Source: Macrostomum lignano
Lineage: Eukaryota
DNA length: 60,725 bases
Assembly: GCA_002269645.1 (NCBI GenBank)
Contig: NIVC01002182.1
Span: 1 to 60,725 of the forward strand
Direction: 5' to 3'
Shown here: piece after piece, positions 42,468-55,500 of the stretch
Layout of the letters: the number at the start of each line of letters is the position of its first letter
Numbering within the stretch: the stretch's first letter is position 1
Notes under the pieces: model-generated
What the model was told of the DNA's origin: nothing
The model's input: only the letters and a program-made list of their open reading frames with translations
Databases searched by the model: none
Translations under genes and position numbers: made by a program

Positions 42468-44940
42468 TCGCCCGCCTTACCACTTCGCCACTCGTACTCT
42501 TCTTCTAGCATCCGAGTGATATTCTGAGCGAATGCACTTTCTTTAGTTGTGCTTTTCAGTTTATTAGTGCAAAGAAATTTAGTTTTTAAACCATACAGAT
42601 ATGCGATTCAGTAAAATGCAGTAAAAATACAGGCAGCCTGTAGGCCAATGGTTGGATCTTTACAAATCACAAAAGCGGAACTGGAAACCTAACCAACTCT
42701 AGGCTAGCAAACTAAAAAGCAGCCCTGATTCCGAGCTGTGATGCAGCACCGGAAGGGATCGGGAAATCCAGCAAATCTAGAGCTTCCTTGATAGCAGTTT
42801 TCAATTCCGATCATTTCTACCATCACAAACGGAAGCTGCTCATTAGAGCTCAAGTCTCATTGGCCTGCACCAACCCCCATGCATAATGAGCCTACACCGT
42901 GGGCAATAAATTTTGTTTTTGCCCCGTCCCAGCTTCAACCCTTTCAATCCCTATAGTAGCCCAGATTGACTTTGGGGCCTCTCTTCCAGCTGATTAGATC
43001 GCTGCTCCAGCCGAAAACCCTCCACAATCCCGGAAAGACAAAGAGGCAACTCGCTGGAACTCGCCAAAAACTTTCAAGTAGAAAAGCGCTACAGCCCAAG
43101 AGCTTGCAATCTTTACAATTCCACATAACTTTTCTACACTGAGATCATTTCGGTACATCGCGGTTCCGCAGATGAATGATGCGCGCATAGCAACCAGGCC
43201 AGATCCTGATGTGCGAAAGTGCTACTAGAATCCGCCAATGGAGGCAGGCAAATTCTAGGCTGTATCGTTTGTTGCAATGCCCAGCTGCAGGCAGCTGTGC
43301 CTGGAGAAACAGAAACTCGATTCCGCTTGATCGGAGCCGCTCTGTCGCGCAGTTTCTCTCCTAGCCGGCTAGCGCAAGCTGAATAACTGCGCGCGTGGGA
43401 ATCGGTCTGAAACTGAATGCGTGAGACAATTCGGATCGAAATTCTGGCCCACTGGTTGCCCTTTGCCCTCCCTCTCAGCTTTCATCTCTCCGCCATCTCT
43501 CCATGCGGCTCAGCCTGCTCTCTTGCTCCACTGCCGATCCGCATGAGATGAGGAAATGGAACTGGGACGAAGCGGTGATAAAAAAATAACACAATTGTGG
43601 CGCTCACGAAGGGACTGAACTAATCAGAAGCAATGGACGGATGAAGTTCCGTACGCTTCGACAGCAGCTTTCTGGGCGGCGCAATAACCCAGGTAGCTGG
43701 TGCGACTGCAGCAGCATCCGGCCTTTTAGACAATGGGGGGATTTGGGGAACAAAGAAAATGGTCTCCCCAGCGGAAAGCGAAGTCTGGCTGCTTCAATCG
43801 GGAGGGGATGCTGCAGGGACAGAGTCAAGAGGCCACGGGGGCCGAGTCAGCTCCCGAAAAAGTTTCCTAGCCCAACTGAAACTTCCGGGATGTCTGTGCT
43901 GCATCAGGGGATTTGCAGTGCAGTTAAAGAAGCTTTCTAAAGCTCTTCGCTTACTCTGAGTGAGCGTTTTTATTCATGCCTGTGTTTCACCCGCCTCAAA
44001 GCAGATGACTTGGCAAGGAACTAAAATTTACGACTTCTAAAATAATAGCGACTAGAGGGAGGGATTCATAAAAATCTTAAAGTTTCATAAAGTGGCAAAA
44101 TACTAGTGCATTTCTTTAGCCTTTAGTGTCATATCCAACGGTATCTTTCGGACCGAATTGGTTCGGCACGGATAAAGCGAATTTCTCGCGCACATAAATA
44201 GCACCTGTTTGACACGCTTGTCAGTCATGGTGCCGAATCTCCGGTTCGGTGGGCGAGCAGCTGTCCCCTGAAGTGAGGTGGGGCGCCTTAGCTCCTCAAA
44301 CCTCAAACACAGCATGCAGCTGCAGTTGCAGGTAGATTTTTTATGGTAGCAGTGTATTAATAATATCGGATTATCCTGAGCCGAGATCAACACCAGCAGC
44401 AATAGGCTGATTGTTCATTCTGCTTTTCGAAAAGCCGACTAGCTGTGTTTGATGTTTCATTTCCTGTCGGCGAAGGCTTTGAATCATCAAATTTATAATG
44501 AGTTATCTGTAACCCTGCCTTTTGAGTGCGGCAACTACCTAAACACGAGTGCGCGAGAAGTACATTCGGGTTTAACCAAACAAGGCCCGGGAAATGCGTT
44601 TTTGTCTATGGAACTTGCACAGTGGGGATCAGGGTTTTTGAGGACGGAGTCTATGGTAAAACAAGTATTAGTGAATATCAAAATCGTTAGTCAATGCCAA
44701 TGGCAATTACATTTATTTGATTGGCAACGGCTTGTAAACGGAGGAGAAGAATTCCTAGCATCCCTACAGATGAAGTCGGGATCGCATGCCGCATTATTGA
44801 GCACACTATTGAGCGCGCATTTGATTGACAACTGGATAAGGCCCGATGATTAAAATAAATCAACGATTTTGGAAATCAAAGTGATGGCATGAACTGAAAG
44901 TACAAGCAGCATCTTTGCATTGGCAGATTATGGAGGCTTT

Positions 44941-44945
<5 letters not shown>

Positions 44946-44986
<41 letters not shown>
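44946..44986. repeat. (TTA)n microsatellite
   Basis: Read directly from sequence. Confidence 0.97.
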
Positions 44987-45323
44987 GTTTATTTTTATTA
45001 AATGGGTAGTGTCTTTTTGTGATAATATTTGAGGCAAACTGATAAACCCAACGTAAAAATACGCTAAATTAAGTACTCATGCAACGGTAGCTTGAATTTC
45101 CACAATGGCTCTATCTTATTGAGTCATTAGCTAAAATAAACGCCTTATCTTCTTCAGTAAGGCTTTAAAATTCGAAACATTATCCGGGATTTCCTGCTCA
45201 AATTGATCACGTATAGCACTGTAAAAGTTCAAACTACATTTAAACAGGAAGTGAACTTAAATTTCTACCCCCTATACATGGCACTTTGAGCAGGTCCTGT
45301 TCTCGTATGGGAGCAACTCCGCC

Positions 45324-45599
45324 TGAGCCATGGCATCTCAGCAACTCCCCCTGAGCCATGGCATCTCAGCAACCCCCAATTGAGCCATGGCATCTCAGCA
45401 ACTCCCCCTGAGCCATGGCATCTCAGCAACTTCCTTATGAGCTATGGCATCTCAGCAACTCTCATTGAGCCATGGCATCTCAGCAACTCTCATTGAGCCT
45501 TGGCATCTCAGCAACTCTCATTGAGCCATGGCATCTCAGCAACCCTCATTGAGCCTTGGCATCTCAGCAACTCCCCCTTTCAGCCATGGAATTTCAGCC
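45324..45599. repeat. 28-bp minisatellite with internal dyad (TGAGCCATGGCATCTCAGCAACT + variable 5-7 nt), 9 full units plus 1 degenerate
   Basis: Units at 45324, 45352, 45381, 45409, 45438, 45466, 45494, 45522 and 45550. Confidence 0.95.
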
Positions 45600-46459
45600 A
45601 TGAGAAAGAAGTGACTCAGACAAAAATAGAGCAACAAAGATGGGGTGACTGCTTATTCGAAACAATCTGAAATCTGACACGGAAGCCCTTGTTATCACCC
45701 ATGAGGCCCATAAAGTCTTTAGGAGCAGGCTGGGTTTCCAGGCAAGCCGGCAGAAATTAAACCTGTTCTTCTGCCTTCTCCTCAGCCCAGTGGAACTGTT
45801 ACAGCTTAACAGAACAGCTTAGCCCAAGATCCGACGCAGGGCTCTCTCCGAGTCCGCAGCTGATTGGTCGCTGTGTTTTACTGCCATTTTGGGACCAGTG
45901 AATCCGCAGTGGTTATTGCGGCATGCGGATGAATGCTTGCCCCACCCTCCTATAGGCTGCGGGCAAAAAGGGAGAGCAGCATGGAGGTTTATAACTTCTA
46001 CTGCAGAGAATTTTCCATGGTCCCGAAAGTTCGCTTATCAACCAGAGAAAAGCTGCGAGTTTGAATCCCGCGGACAAGCAAATAAAGCAGAACAAAGCAA
46101 AAGCATTCTGATAGTAGTTCATCAAAGCAGATAGAGATTTCTTCCATTGTGAGTATCAAATGAATTATTAATAATAACAATAATAATCGCGGGACAGCAC
46201 ACTGGCGCAACGCCTTCGGAGACCTCGTCCCGTAACAAGCGAATGCCCGATCCGCTGACATGCAATCACGCACTCACACACACGCTCACACGGGGTGTAC
46301 AGCGAACCTGGCTTTCTAATCATCGGCATGTACACTCTCTGTGTCTTGGGGGGTGGCCTTCATGGGTTTCCCAGTTTAATTTTTTGTGGACAAGCCGCAA
46401 ACTATCGGTAATGTAGCCATGCACATCTCCAATTTCAGTCCTTCGCTACTCAGGCCAGA

Positions 46460-46775
46460 ATGGCCAGAATTCCCAAAGCCACCAACGCGGCAATGGTGAT
46501 CGCTTGCATTCTCTGCTGGTGCTCAACAGTGTCAAGCGCCCTGGAGATCAGCATTGACGAGGAGCTGGCCAACGGCACAGTCATCGGCAATGTGAAGGCT
46601 CTGCACTACGACCTGCACAAGATACCCACCGCTGGGAAGAAGTTCCGCATTTTCCACAAGGCCCGCCAGGAACAGAGGGCGGACCTGTTCGAAGTGGACC
46701 CGACTCCGGTGACATTCGGGTCAAGGGACGCATCGACAGGGAGGCTCTGTGCCCAGATAATCCTCCCCAGTGCAG
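46460..46775 (+). CDS. Protocadherin/cadherin-like first coding exon (signal peptide + EC1), with a 1-nt frameshift at 46699-46701
   Basis: Hydrophobic leader (AMVIACILCWCSTVSSA), then ISIDEELANGTVIGNV...LFEVDP. The shifted frame continues SGDIRVKGRIDREALCPDNPPQC, the cadherin EC1 DRE motif with the protocadherin-type Cys pair, ending at donor CAG|GTGAGA (46775/46776). Confidence 0.8.
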
Positions 46776-46869
46776 GTGAGAGGCTTCACAGATTCGCCTG
46801 TTTGCAGCAGGCCTGCGTGTAACTTTTAATATTTAAAACAACTTTGATTTTTTAACCTGTGTACTTAGC

Positions 46870-47800
46870 CTGGCTACTCTCACACTGACTACTCTCATGC
46901 TGGCTACTCTCGTGCTGGCTACTCTCATGCTGGTTACTCTCATGCTGGCTACTCTTATGCTGGCTACTCTCATTCTGGCTACTCTCACACTGACTACTCT
47001 CATTCTGGCTACTCTCACACTGACTACTATCATGCTGGCTACTCTCATGCTGGCTACTCTCACACTGATTACTCTCATGCTGGCTACTCTCACACTGACT
47101 ACTCACATGCTGGCTACTCTCATGCTGGCTACTCTCACACTGATTACTCTCATGCTGGCTACTCTCACACTGACTACTCACATGCTGGCTACTCTCATGC
47201 TGGCTACTCTCACACTGATTACTCTCATGCTGGCTACTCTCACACTGACTACTCACATGCTGGCTACTCTCATGCTGGCTACTCTCACACTGACTACTCA
47301 CATGCTGGCTACTCTCATGCTGGCTACTCTCACACTGATTACTCTCATGCTGGCTACTCTCACACTGATTACTCTCATGCTGGCTACTCTCATGCTGGCT
47401 ACTCTCACACTGATTACTCTCATGCTGGCTACTCTCACACTGACTACTCACATGCTGGCTACTCTCATGCTGGCTACTCTCACACTGATTACTCTCATGC
47501 TGACTACTCTCACACTGACTACTCTCACACTGACTACTCTCATTCTGGCTACTCTCACACTGACTACTCTCATGCTGGCTACTCTCACACTGACTACTCT
47601 CATGCTGGCTACTCTCACACTGACTACTCTCATTCTGGATACTCTCACACTGACTACTCTCATTCTGGCTACTCTCACACTGACTACTCTCACACTGACT
47701 ACTCTCACACTGACTACTCTCACACTGACTACTCTCATTCTGGCTACTCTCATTCTGGCTACTCTCACACTGACTACTCTCATTCTGGCTACTCTCATGC
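46870..47800. repeat. 15-bp minisatellite (CTGGCTACTCTCATG / CTGACTACTCTCACA variants), about 62 units
   Basis: Read directly; it generates the LATLM, SSQHE and RVASM pseudo-ORFs. Confidence 0.98.
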
Positions 47801-49520
47801 TATCCGGTTACTCTCATGGGCTTACACTACCAGACTATTGCATCACAAAAATCGAAAACAAGAACAGATAATGCATCCCGGTTCAAAAGTAGAAGTTTTT
47901 TAAAGAAAATATTTTACGTCAGCTTTTTCTGCCCTAAAAAAGTCAGGAAAGGAATGCAATCGAAATCGGAAATGGCGCACAATAAAAACTGCTTGCCCCA
48001 GACACCGATGCACAGTTTCTGCTCGGATCGATTGCGTAATCAGATGCCAAGCCGTTCCAGCATCCCTAGCTATGGCAGTCAAGACCAAATAGCCACTGAG
48101 AGCCTTATCGGGGCTGAAGAAATTGGCGATTCTTGGAAATCCCAGACTATTGCAAACTCCCAAACGAAAATACCTAAAAGATAAATCCAATTTCCATGGT
48201 GATTTTCTCCAGGAATTCAATTTGGATCGCCAATAAGGACAGCGTGGATAGCTTGGGGAAATTAGGAAAAGCACTGAAGAGGCAGATAATGAAATGAGAG
48301 CGGCACATGCAATGCTGGGGGGGGGGTGCTTCCGCAGAATTTCAACAGTTTTTTGTGTTTTACAATCTCGAGGATTTATTAGTCATTCTCCAAAATTTCC
48401 CCGCTAATGCATGCAACTCCGAGGCATGAAAATTTACGGACATTGGCCCACTATTGATGACGAGATGCTTTTTATGAAGATTCCCATCCCGCATAAAATT
48501 TGCCCTCTGCCACTCAACGCTAGCAATATTCTCCCAAATAATGTGTCCCAGAATCCGGACTTAAGTTTCCTGGCGTGGGGGAATATAAACACGCATTAAT
48601 GCAACACCCCAACATGATCAGCTCACTTCCTATAATCCCAATGACCGCGCGTTTGCTTAGCTCTGAATTCAGCAGCAATTAGGATCGGGTGGGACAAGCG
48701 GGGGGGGGGGTGGAGTGCAAGTGCTATTCACTGACCCATTGTCACCTCCGCCAGACAGCTCAATGGGAACCCAGCTCTGTCTTTCCTGCCCCGGGCTTCA
48801 CTTTGCCTGAGTCAACTCCACCAGCTGTAATAGGTTCGCTATATTTTTACAATGCAGTGAGACTAGTTGATTCCCCAGACCCCATTATGCTCGCAATTCG
48901 CTGGCCTCCCCAGCTCTCATTTCAGCAACTGCCTGGTAGATATACGGGAGCGTGAAATATCTATTTTATCGCAGCAAGCGCGCGCACACACACACAATCA
49001 CGCACCGGGCACTTGTTGGTACGGTATACAATGGTGGGCACTTATTTTGCAATTTTTTTTGACACACGAAAACACACACATACACACAGTGCAATGACCT
49101 ATTAAGTATTTTTAGCATTTAAATGATGAAAAAAAGCATACATTGAAATAAAAAAGCACGTCCCATACTAATAGTATGATCTATTGAAAGTGAAGGAATA
49201 GCATATCATCGTGTAACTATATTGTCCTCAGTCCAGCGAATTCAGCATCACTTGAAATACAAAAGGCTTCGTTAAAGCCAATCCACATGAAGGAAAAACT
49301 AGTTACAAGCAGTCTATTTACCTTTACCTTTACTAATACGCTATAATGCTGTACGCAATATGCCTGACTAATATGAATAAAAAATTCAATTACACTTGCG
49401 CTTAGAAAAAAACCTAAAATTGACAGTGAAACTGAAAAACTGAAACGCAGAGATTAGTTAAGCTGCAGATTAAACAACAAATTCCGGTCGAGTGAGAAAA
49501 CAGGAGTCTCGTTATTTAGA

Positions 49521-52500
49521 GCACTCTGGCATCCAGCATTACGGTCGTAGACTATTAGCTGCTCTCCTGAGTTCGAAGCTGACAGGTCAGTTGCAGTCGG
49601 CATCGATTGAGTCGACTGCCAATTTAGTCAATGGGTTTCGTTTCTTCTTTTCACTGGAACCTGTGGTGGGATTAGCAAAAGATCGATTTCGCATATCGAT
49701 TTAGTGATTTCAAGGACGACAAAATCATTCTTCTCTGCATGTCAGCTCCAGAAGATGCTAGTTTGCTTGCAGCTTTCTGTAGGAGCATTCTACTTTAGTA
49801 AAGTATACCCATTCTAAAATAAGCTGTTTTTAATCTGTCCCAACAAGTCTCTGTGCAGTGTGTCATCCGTTTGCCCATCAATTTGTTCTGGAGCCCTTTA
49901 TTAATTGAGTTCTTTAGGTGACTTAACAAATGCGGAAAAAACTAGACACACACACAGTGGCCCAACACTTCGTGTCCCAATAATTGCTAGGAAAAATGCA
50001 CTGCAGTGTTTAAGCATCTCTTCTGAGGGGCCCTTGCATGCATAGCTATAGAATCTGCTAAGACCCGATCTGAGAGTTAAAAGTACAAAAAGTTATAACG
50101 CTTCTAGACACGAAAACGAATGCAGCCACAGCATGAACTAACCTTTCATTGAAGCTTCTGCTTAAGACTTTGATGCTGTGAAGCATTCTGGCATCTAGCA
50201 TTACTCTCGTAGACTATTAGCTGCTCTCCTGAGTTCGAAGCTGACAGGTCAGTTGCAGTCGGCATCGATTGAGTCGACTGCCAATTTAGTCAATGGGTTT
50301 CGTTTCTTCTTTTCACTGGAACCTGTGGTGGGATTAGCAAAAGATCGATTTTGCATATCTGTTTAGTGATTTCAAGGACGACAAAATCATTCTTCTCTGC
50401 ATGTCAGCTCCAGAAGATGCTAGTTTGCTTGCAGCTTTCTGTAGGAGCATTCTACTTTAGTAAAGTATACCCATTCTAAAATAAGATGTTTTTAATCTGT
50501 CCCAACAAGTCTCTGTGCAGTGTGTCATCCGTTTGCCCATCAATTTGTTCTGGAGCCCTTTATTAATTGAGTTCTTTAGGTGACTTAACAAATGCGGAAA
50601 AAACTAGACACACACACAGTGGCCCAACACTTCGTGTCCCAATAATTGCTAGGAAAAATGCACTGCAGTGTTTAAGCATCTCCTCTGAGGGGCCCTTGCA
50701 TGCATAGCTATAGAATCTGCTAAGACCCGATCTGAGAGTTAAAAGTACAAAAAGTTATAACGCTTCTAGACACGAAAACGAATGCAGCCACAGCATGAAC
50801 TAACCTTTCATTGAAGCTTCTGCTTAAGACTTTGATGCTGTGAAGCATTCTGGCATCTAGCATTACTCTCGTAGTCTATTAGCTGCTCTCCTGAGTTCGA
50901 AGCTGACAGGTCAGTTGCAGTCGGCATCGATTGAGTCGACTGCCAATTTAGTCAATGGGTTTCGTTTCTTCTTTTCATTGGAACCTGTGGTGGGATTAGC
51001 AAAAGATCGATTTCGCATATCGATTTAGTGATTTCAAGGACGACAAAATCATTATTCTCTGCATGTCAGCTTCAGAAGATGCTAGTTTGCTTGCAGCTTT
51101 CTGTAGGAGCATTCTACTTTAGTAAAGTATACCCATTCTAAAATAAGCTGTTTTTAATCTGTCCCAACAAGTCTCTGTGCAGTGTGTCATCCGTTTGCCC
51201 ATCAATTTGTTCTGGAGCCCTTTATTAATTGAGTTCTTTAGGTGACTTAACAAATGCGGAAAAAACTAGACACACACACAGTGGCCCAACACTTCGTGTC
51301 CCAATAATTGCTAGGAAAAATGCACTGCAGTGTTTAAGCATCTCTTCTGAGGGGCCCTTGCATGCATAGCTATAGAATCTGCTAAGACCCGATCTGAGAG
51401 TTAAAAGTACAAAAAGTTATAACGCTTCTAGACACGAAAACGAATGCAGCCACAGCATGAACTAACCTTTCATTGAAGCTTCTGCTTAAGACTTTGATGC
51501 TGTGAAGCATTCTGGCATCTAGCATTACTCTCGTAGTCTATTAGCTGCTCTCCTGAGTTCGAAGCTGACAGGTCAGTTGCAGTCGGCATCGATTGAGTCG
51601 ACTGCCAATTTAGTCAATGGGTTTCGTTTCTTCTTTTCACTGGAACCTGTGGTGGGATTAGCAAAAGATCGATTTTGCATATCTGTTTAGTGATTTCAAG
51701 GACGACAAAATCATTCTTCTCTGCATGTCAGCTCCAGAAGATGCTAGTTTGCTTGCAGCTTTCTGTAGGAGCATTCTACTTTAGTAAAGTATACCCATTC
51801 TAAAATAAGATGTTTTTAATCTGTCCCAACAAGTCTCTGTGCAGTGTGTCATCCGTTTGCCCATCAATTTGTTCTGGAGCCCTTTATTAATTGAGTTCTT
51901 TAGGTGACTTAACAAATGCGGAAAAAACTAGACACACACACAGTGGCCCAACACTTCGTGTCCCAATAATTGCTAGGAAAAATGCACTGCAGTGTTTAAG
52001 CATCTCTTCTGAGGGGCCCTTGCATGCATAGCTATAGAATCTGCTAAGACCCGATCTGAGAGTTAAAAGTACAAAAAGTTATAACGCTTCTAGACACGAA
52101 AACGAATGCAGCCACAGCATGAACTAACCTTTCATTGAAGCTTCTGCTTAAGACTTTGATGCTGTGAAGCATTCTGGCATCTAGCATTACTCTCGTAGTC
52201 TATTAGCTGCTCTCCTGAGTTCGAAGCTGACAGGTCAGTTGCAGTCGGCATCGATTGAGTCGACTGCCAATTTAGTCAATGGGTTTCGTTTCTTCTTTTC
52301 ATTGGAACCTGTGGTGGGATTAGCAAAAGATCGATTTCGCATATCGATTTAGTGATTTCAAGGACGACAAAATCATTCTTCTCTGCATGTCAGCTCCAGA
52401 AGATGCTAGTTTGCTTGCAGCTTTCTGTAGGAGCATTCTACTTTAGTAAAGTGTACCCATTCTAAAATAAGCTGTTTTTAATCTGTCCCAACAAGTCTCT

Positions 52501-55500
52501 GTGCAGTGTGTCATCCGTTTGCCCATCAATTTGTTCTGGAGCCCTTTATTAATTGAGTTCTTTAGGTGACTTAACAAATGCGGAAAAAACTAGACACACA
52601 CACAGTGGCCCAACACTTCGTGTCCCAATAATTGCTAGGAAAAATGCACTGTAGTGTTTAAGCATCTCTTCTGAGGGGCCCTTGCATGCATAGCTATAGA
52701 ATCTGCTAAGACCCGATCTGAGAGTTAAAAGTACAAAAAGTTATAACGCTTCTAGACACGAAAACGAATGCAGCCACAGCATGAACTAACCTTTCATTGA
52801 AGCTTCTGCTTAAGACTTTGATGCTGTGAAGCATTCTGGCATCTAGCATTACTCTCGTAGTCTATTAGCTGCTCTCCTGAGTTCGAAGCTGACAGGTCAG
52901 TTGCAGTCGGCATCGATTGAGTCGACTGCCAATTTAGTCAATGGGTTTCGTTTCTTCTTTTCATTGGAACCTGTGGTGGGATTAGCAAAAGATCGATTTC
53001 GCATATCGATTTAGTGATTTCAAGGACGACAAAATCATTCTTCTCTGCATGTCAGCTTCAGAAGATGCTAGTTTGCTTGCAGCTTTCTGTAGGAGCATTC
53101 TACTTTAGTAAAGTATACCCATTCTAAAATAAGCTGTTTTTAATCTGTCCCAACAAGTCTCTGTGCAGTGTGTCATCCGTTTGCCCATCAATTTGTTCTG
53201 GAGCCCTTTATTAATTGAGTTCTTTAGGTGACTTAACAAATGCGGAAAAAACTAGACACACACACAGTGGCCCAACACTTCGTGTCCCAATAATTGCTAG
53301 GAAAAATGCACTGCAGTGTTTAAGCATCTCTTCTGAGGGGCCCTTGCATGCATAGCTATAGAATCTGCTAAGACCCGATCTGAGAGTTAAAAGTACAAAA
53401 AGTTATAACGCTTCTAGACACGAAAACGAATGCAGCCACAGCATGAACTAACCTTTCATTGAAGCTTCTGCTTAAGACTTTGATGCTGTGAAGCATTCTG
53501 GCATCTAGCATTACTCTCGTAGTCTATTAGCTGCTCTCCTGAGTTCGAAGCTGACAGGTCAGTTGCAGTCGGCATCGATTGAGTCGACTGCCAATTTAGT
53601 CAATGGGTTTCGTTTCTTCTTTTCATTGGAACCTGTGGTGGGATTAGCAAAAGATCGATTTCGCATATCGATTTAGTGATTTCAAGGACGACAAAATCAT
53701 TATTCTCTGCATGTCAGCTCAGAAGATGCTAGTTTGCTTGCAGCTTTCTGTAGGAGCATTCTACTTTAGTAAAGTATACCCATTCTAAAATAAGCTGTTT
53801 TTAATCTGTCCCAACAAGTCTCTGTGCAGTGTGTCATCCGTTTGCCCATCAATTTGTTCTGGAGCCCTTTATTAATTGAGTTCTTTAGGTGACTTAACAA
53901 ATGCGGAAAAAACTAGACACACACACAGTGGCCCAACACTTCGTGTCCCAATAATTGCTAGGAAAAATGCACTGCAGTGTTTAAGCATCTCTTCTGAGGG
54001 GCCCTTGCATGCATAGCTATAGAATCTGCTAAGACCCGATCTGAGAGTTAAAAGTACAAAAAGTTATAACGCTTCTAGACACGAAAACGAATGCAGCCAC
54101 AGCATGAACTAACCTTTCATTGAAGCTTCTGCTTAAGACTTTGATGCTGTGAAGCATTCTGGCATCTAGCATTACTCTCGTAGTCTATTAGCTGCTCTCC
54201 TGAGTTCGAAGCTGACAGGTCAGTTGCAGTCGGCATCGATTGAGTCGACTGCCAATTTAGTCAATGGGTTTCGTTTCTTCTTTTCATTGGAACCTGTGGT
54301 GGGATTAGCAAAAGATCGATTTCGCATATCGATTTAGTGATTTCAAGGACGACAAAATCATTCTTCTCTGCATGTCAGCTCAGAAGATGCTAGTTTGCTT
54401 GCAGCTTTCTGTAGGAGCATTCTACTTTAGTAAAGTGTACCCATTCTAAAATAAGCTGTTTTTAATCTGTCCCAACAAGTCTCTGTGCAGTGTGTCATCC
54501 GTTTGCCCATCAATTTGTTCTGGAGCCCTTTATTAATTGAGTTCTTTAGGTGACTTAACAAATGCGGAAAAAACTAGACACACACACAGTGGCCCAACAC
54601 TTCGTGTCCCAATAATTGCTAGGAAAAATGCACTGCAGTGTTTAAGCATCTCTTCTGAGGGGCCCTTGCATGCATAGCTATAGAATCTGCTAAGACCCGA
54701 TCTGAGAGTTAAAAGTACAAAAAGTTATAACGCTTCTAGACACGAAAACGAATGCAGCCACAGCATGAACTAACCTTTCATTGAAGCTTCTGCTTAAGAC
54801 TTTGATGCTGTGAAGCATTCTGGCATCTAGCATTACTCTCGTAGTCTATTAGCTGCTCTCCTGAGTTCGAAGCTGACAGGTCAGTTGCAGTCGGCATCGA
54901 TTGAGTCGACTGCCAATTTAGTCAATGGGTTTCGTTTCTTCTTTTCATTGGAACCTGTGGTGGGATTAGCAAAAGATCGATTTCGCATATCGATTTAGTG
55001 ATTTCAAGGACGACAAAATCATTCTTCTCTGCATGTCAGCTCCAGAAGATGCTAGTTTGCTTGCAGCTTTCTGTAGGAGCATTCTACTTTAGTAAAGTAT
55101 ACCCATTCTAAAATAAGCTGTTTTTAATCTGTCCCAACAAGTCTCTGTGCAGTGTGTCATCCGTTTGCCCATCAATTTGTTCTGGAGCCCTTTATTAATT
55201 GAGTTCTTTAGGTGACTTAACAAATGCGGAAAAAACTAGACACACACACAGTGGCCCAACACTTCGTGTCCCAATAATTGCTAGGAAAAATGCACTGCAG
55301 TGTTTAAGCATCTCCTCTGAGGGGCCCTTGCATGCATAGCTATAGAATCTGCTAAGACCCGATCTGAGAGTTAAAAGTACAAAAAGTTATAACGCTTCTA
55401 GACACGAAAACGAATGCAGCCACAGCATGAACTAACCTTTCATTGAAGCTTCTGCTTAAGACTTTGATGCTGTGAAGCATTCTGGCATCTAGCATTACTC

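Noticed and set aside
45324-45599. CRISPR-like appearance (palindromic repeat with variable linker)
   Set aside because: Linkers are only 5-7 nt and related to each other, there are no cas genes, and the context is eukaryotic.
46852-47871. 324-aa LATL-repeat ORF and 199-aa SSQHE-repeat ORF
   Set aside because: The 15-bp unit lacks stops in several frames on both strands, so long ORFs are automatic; it also lies just inside the predicted protocadherin intron.
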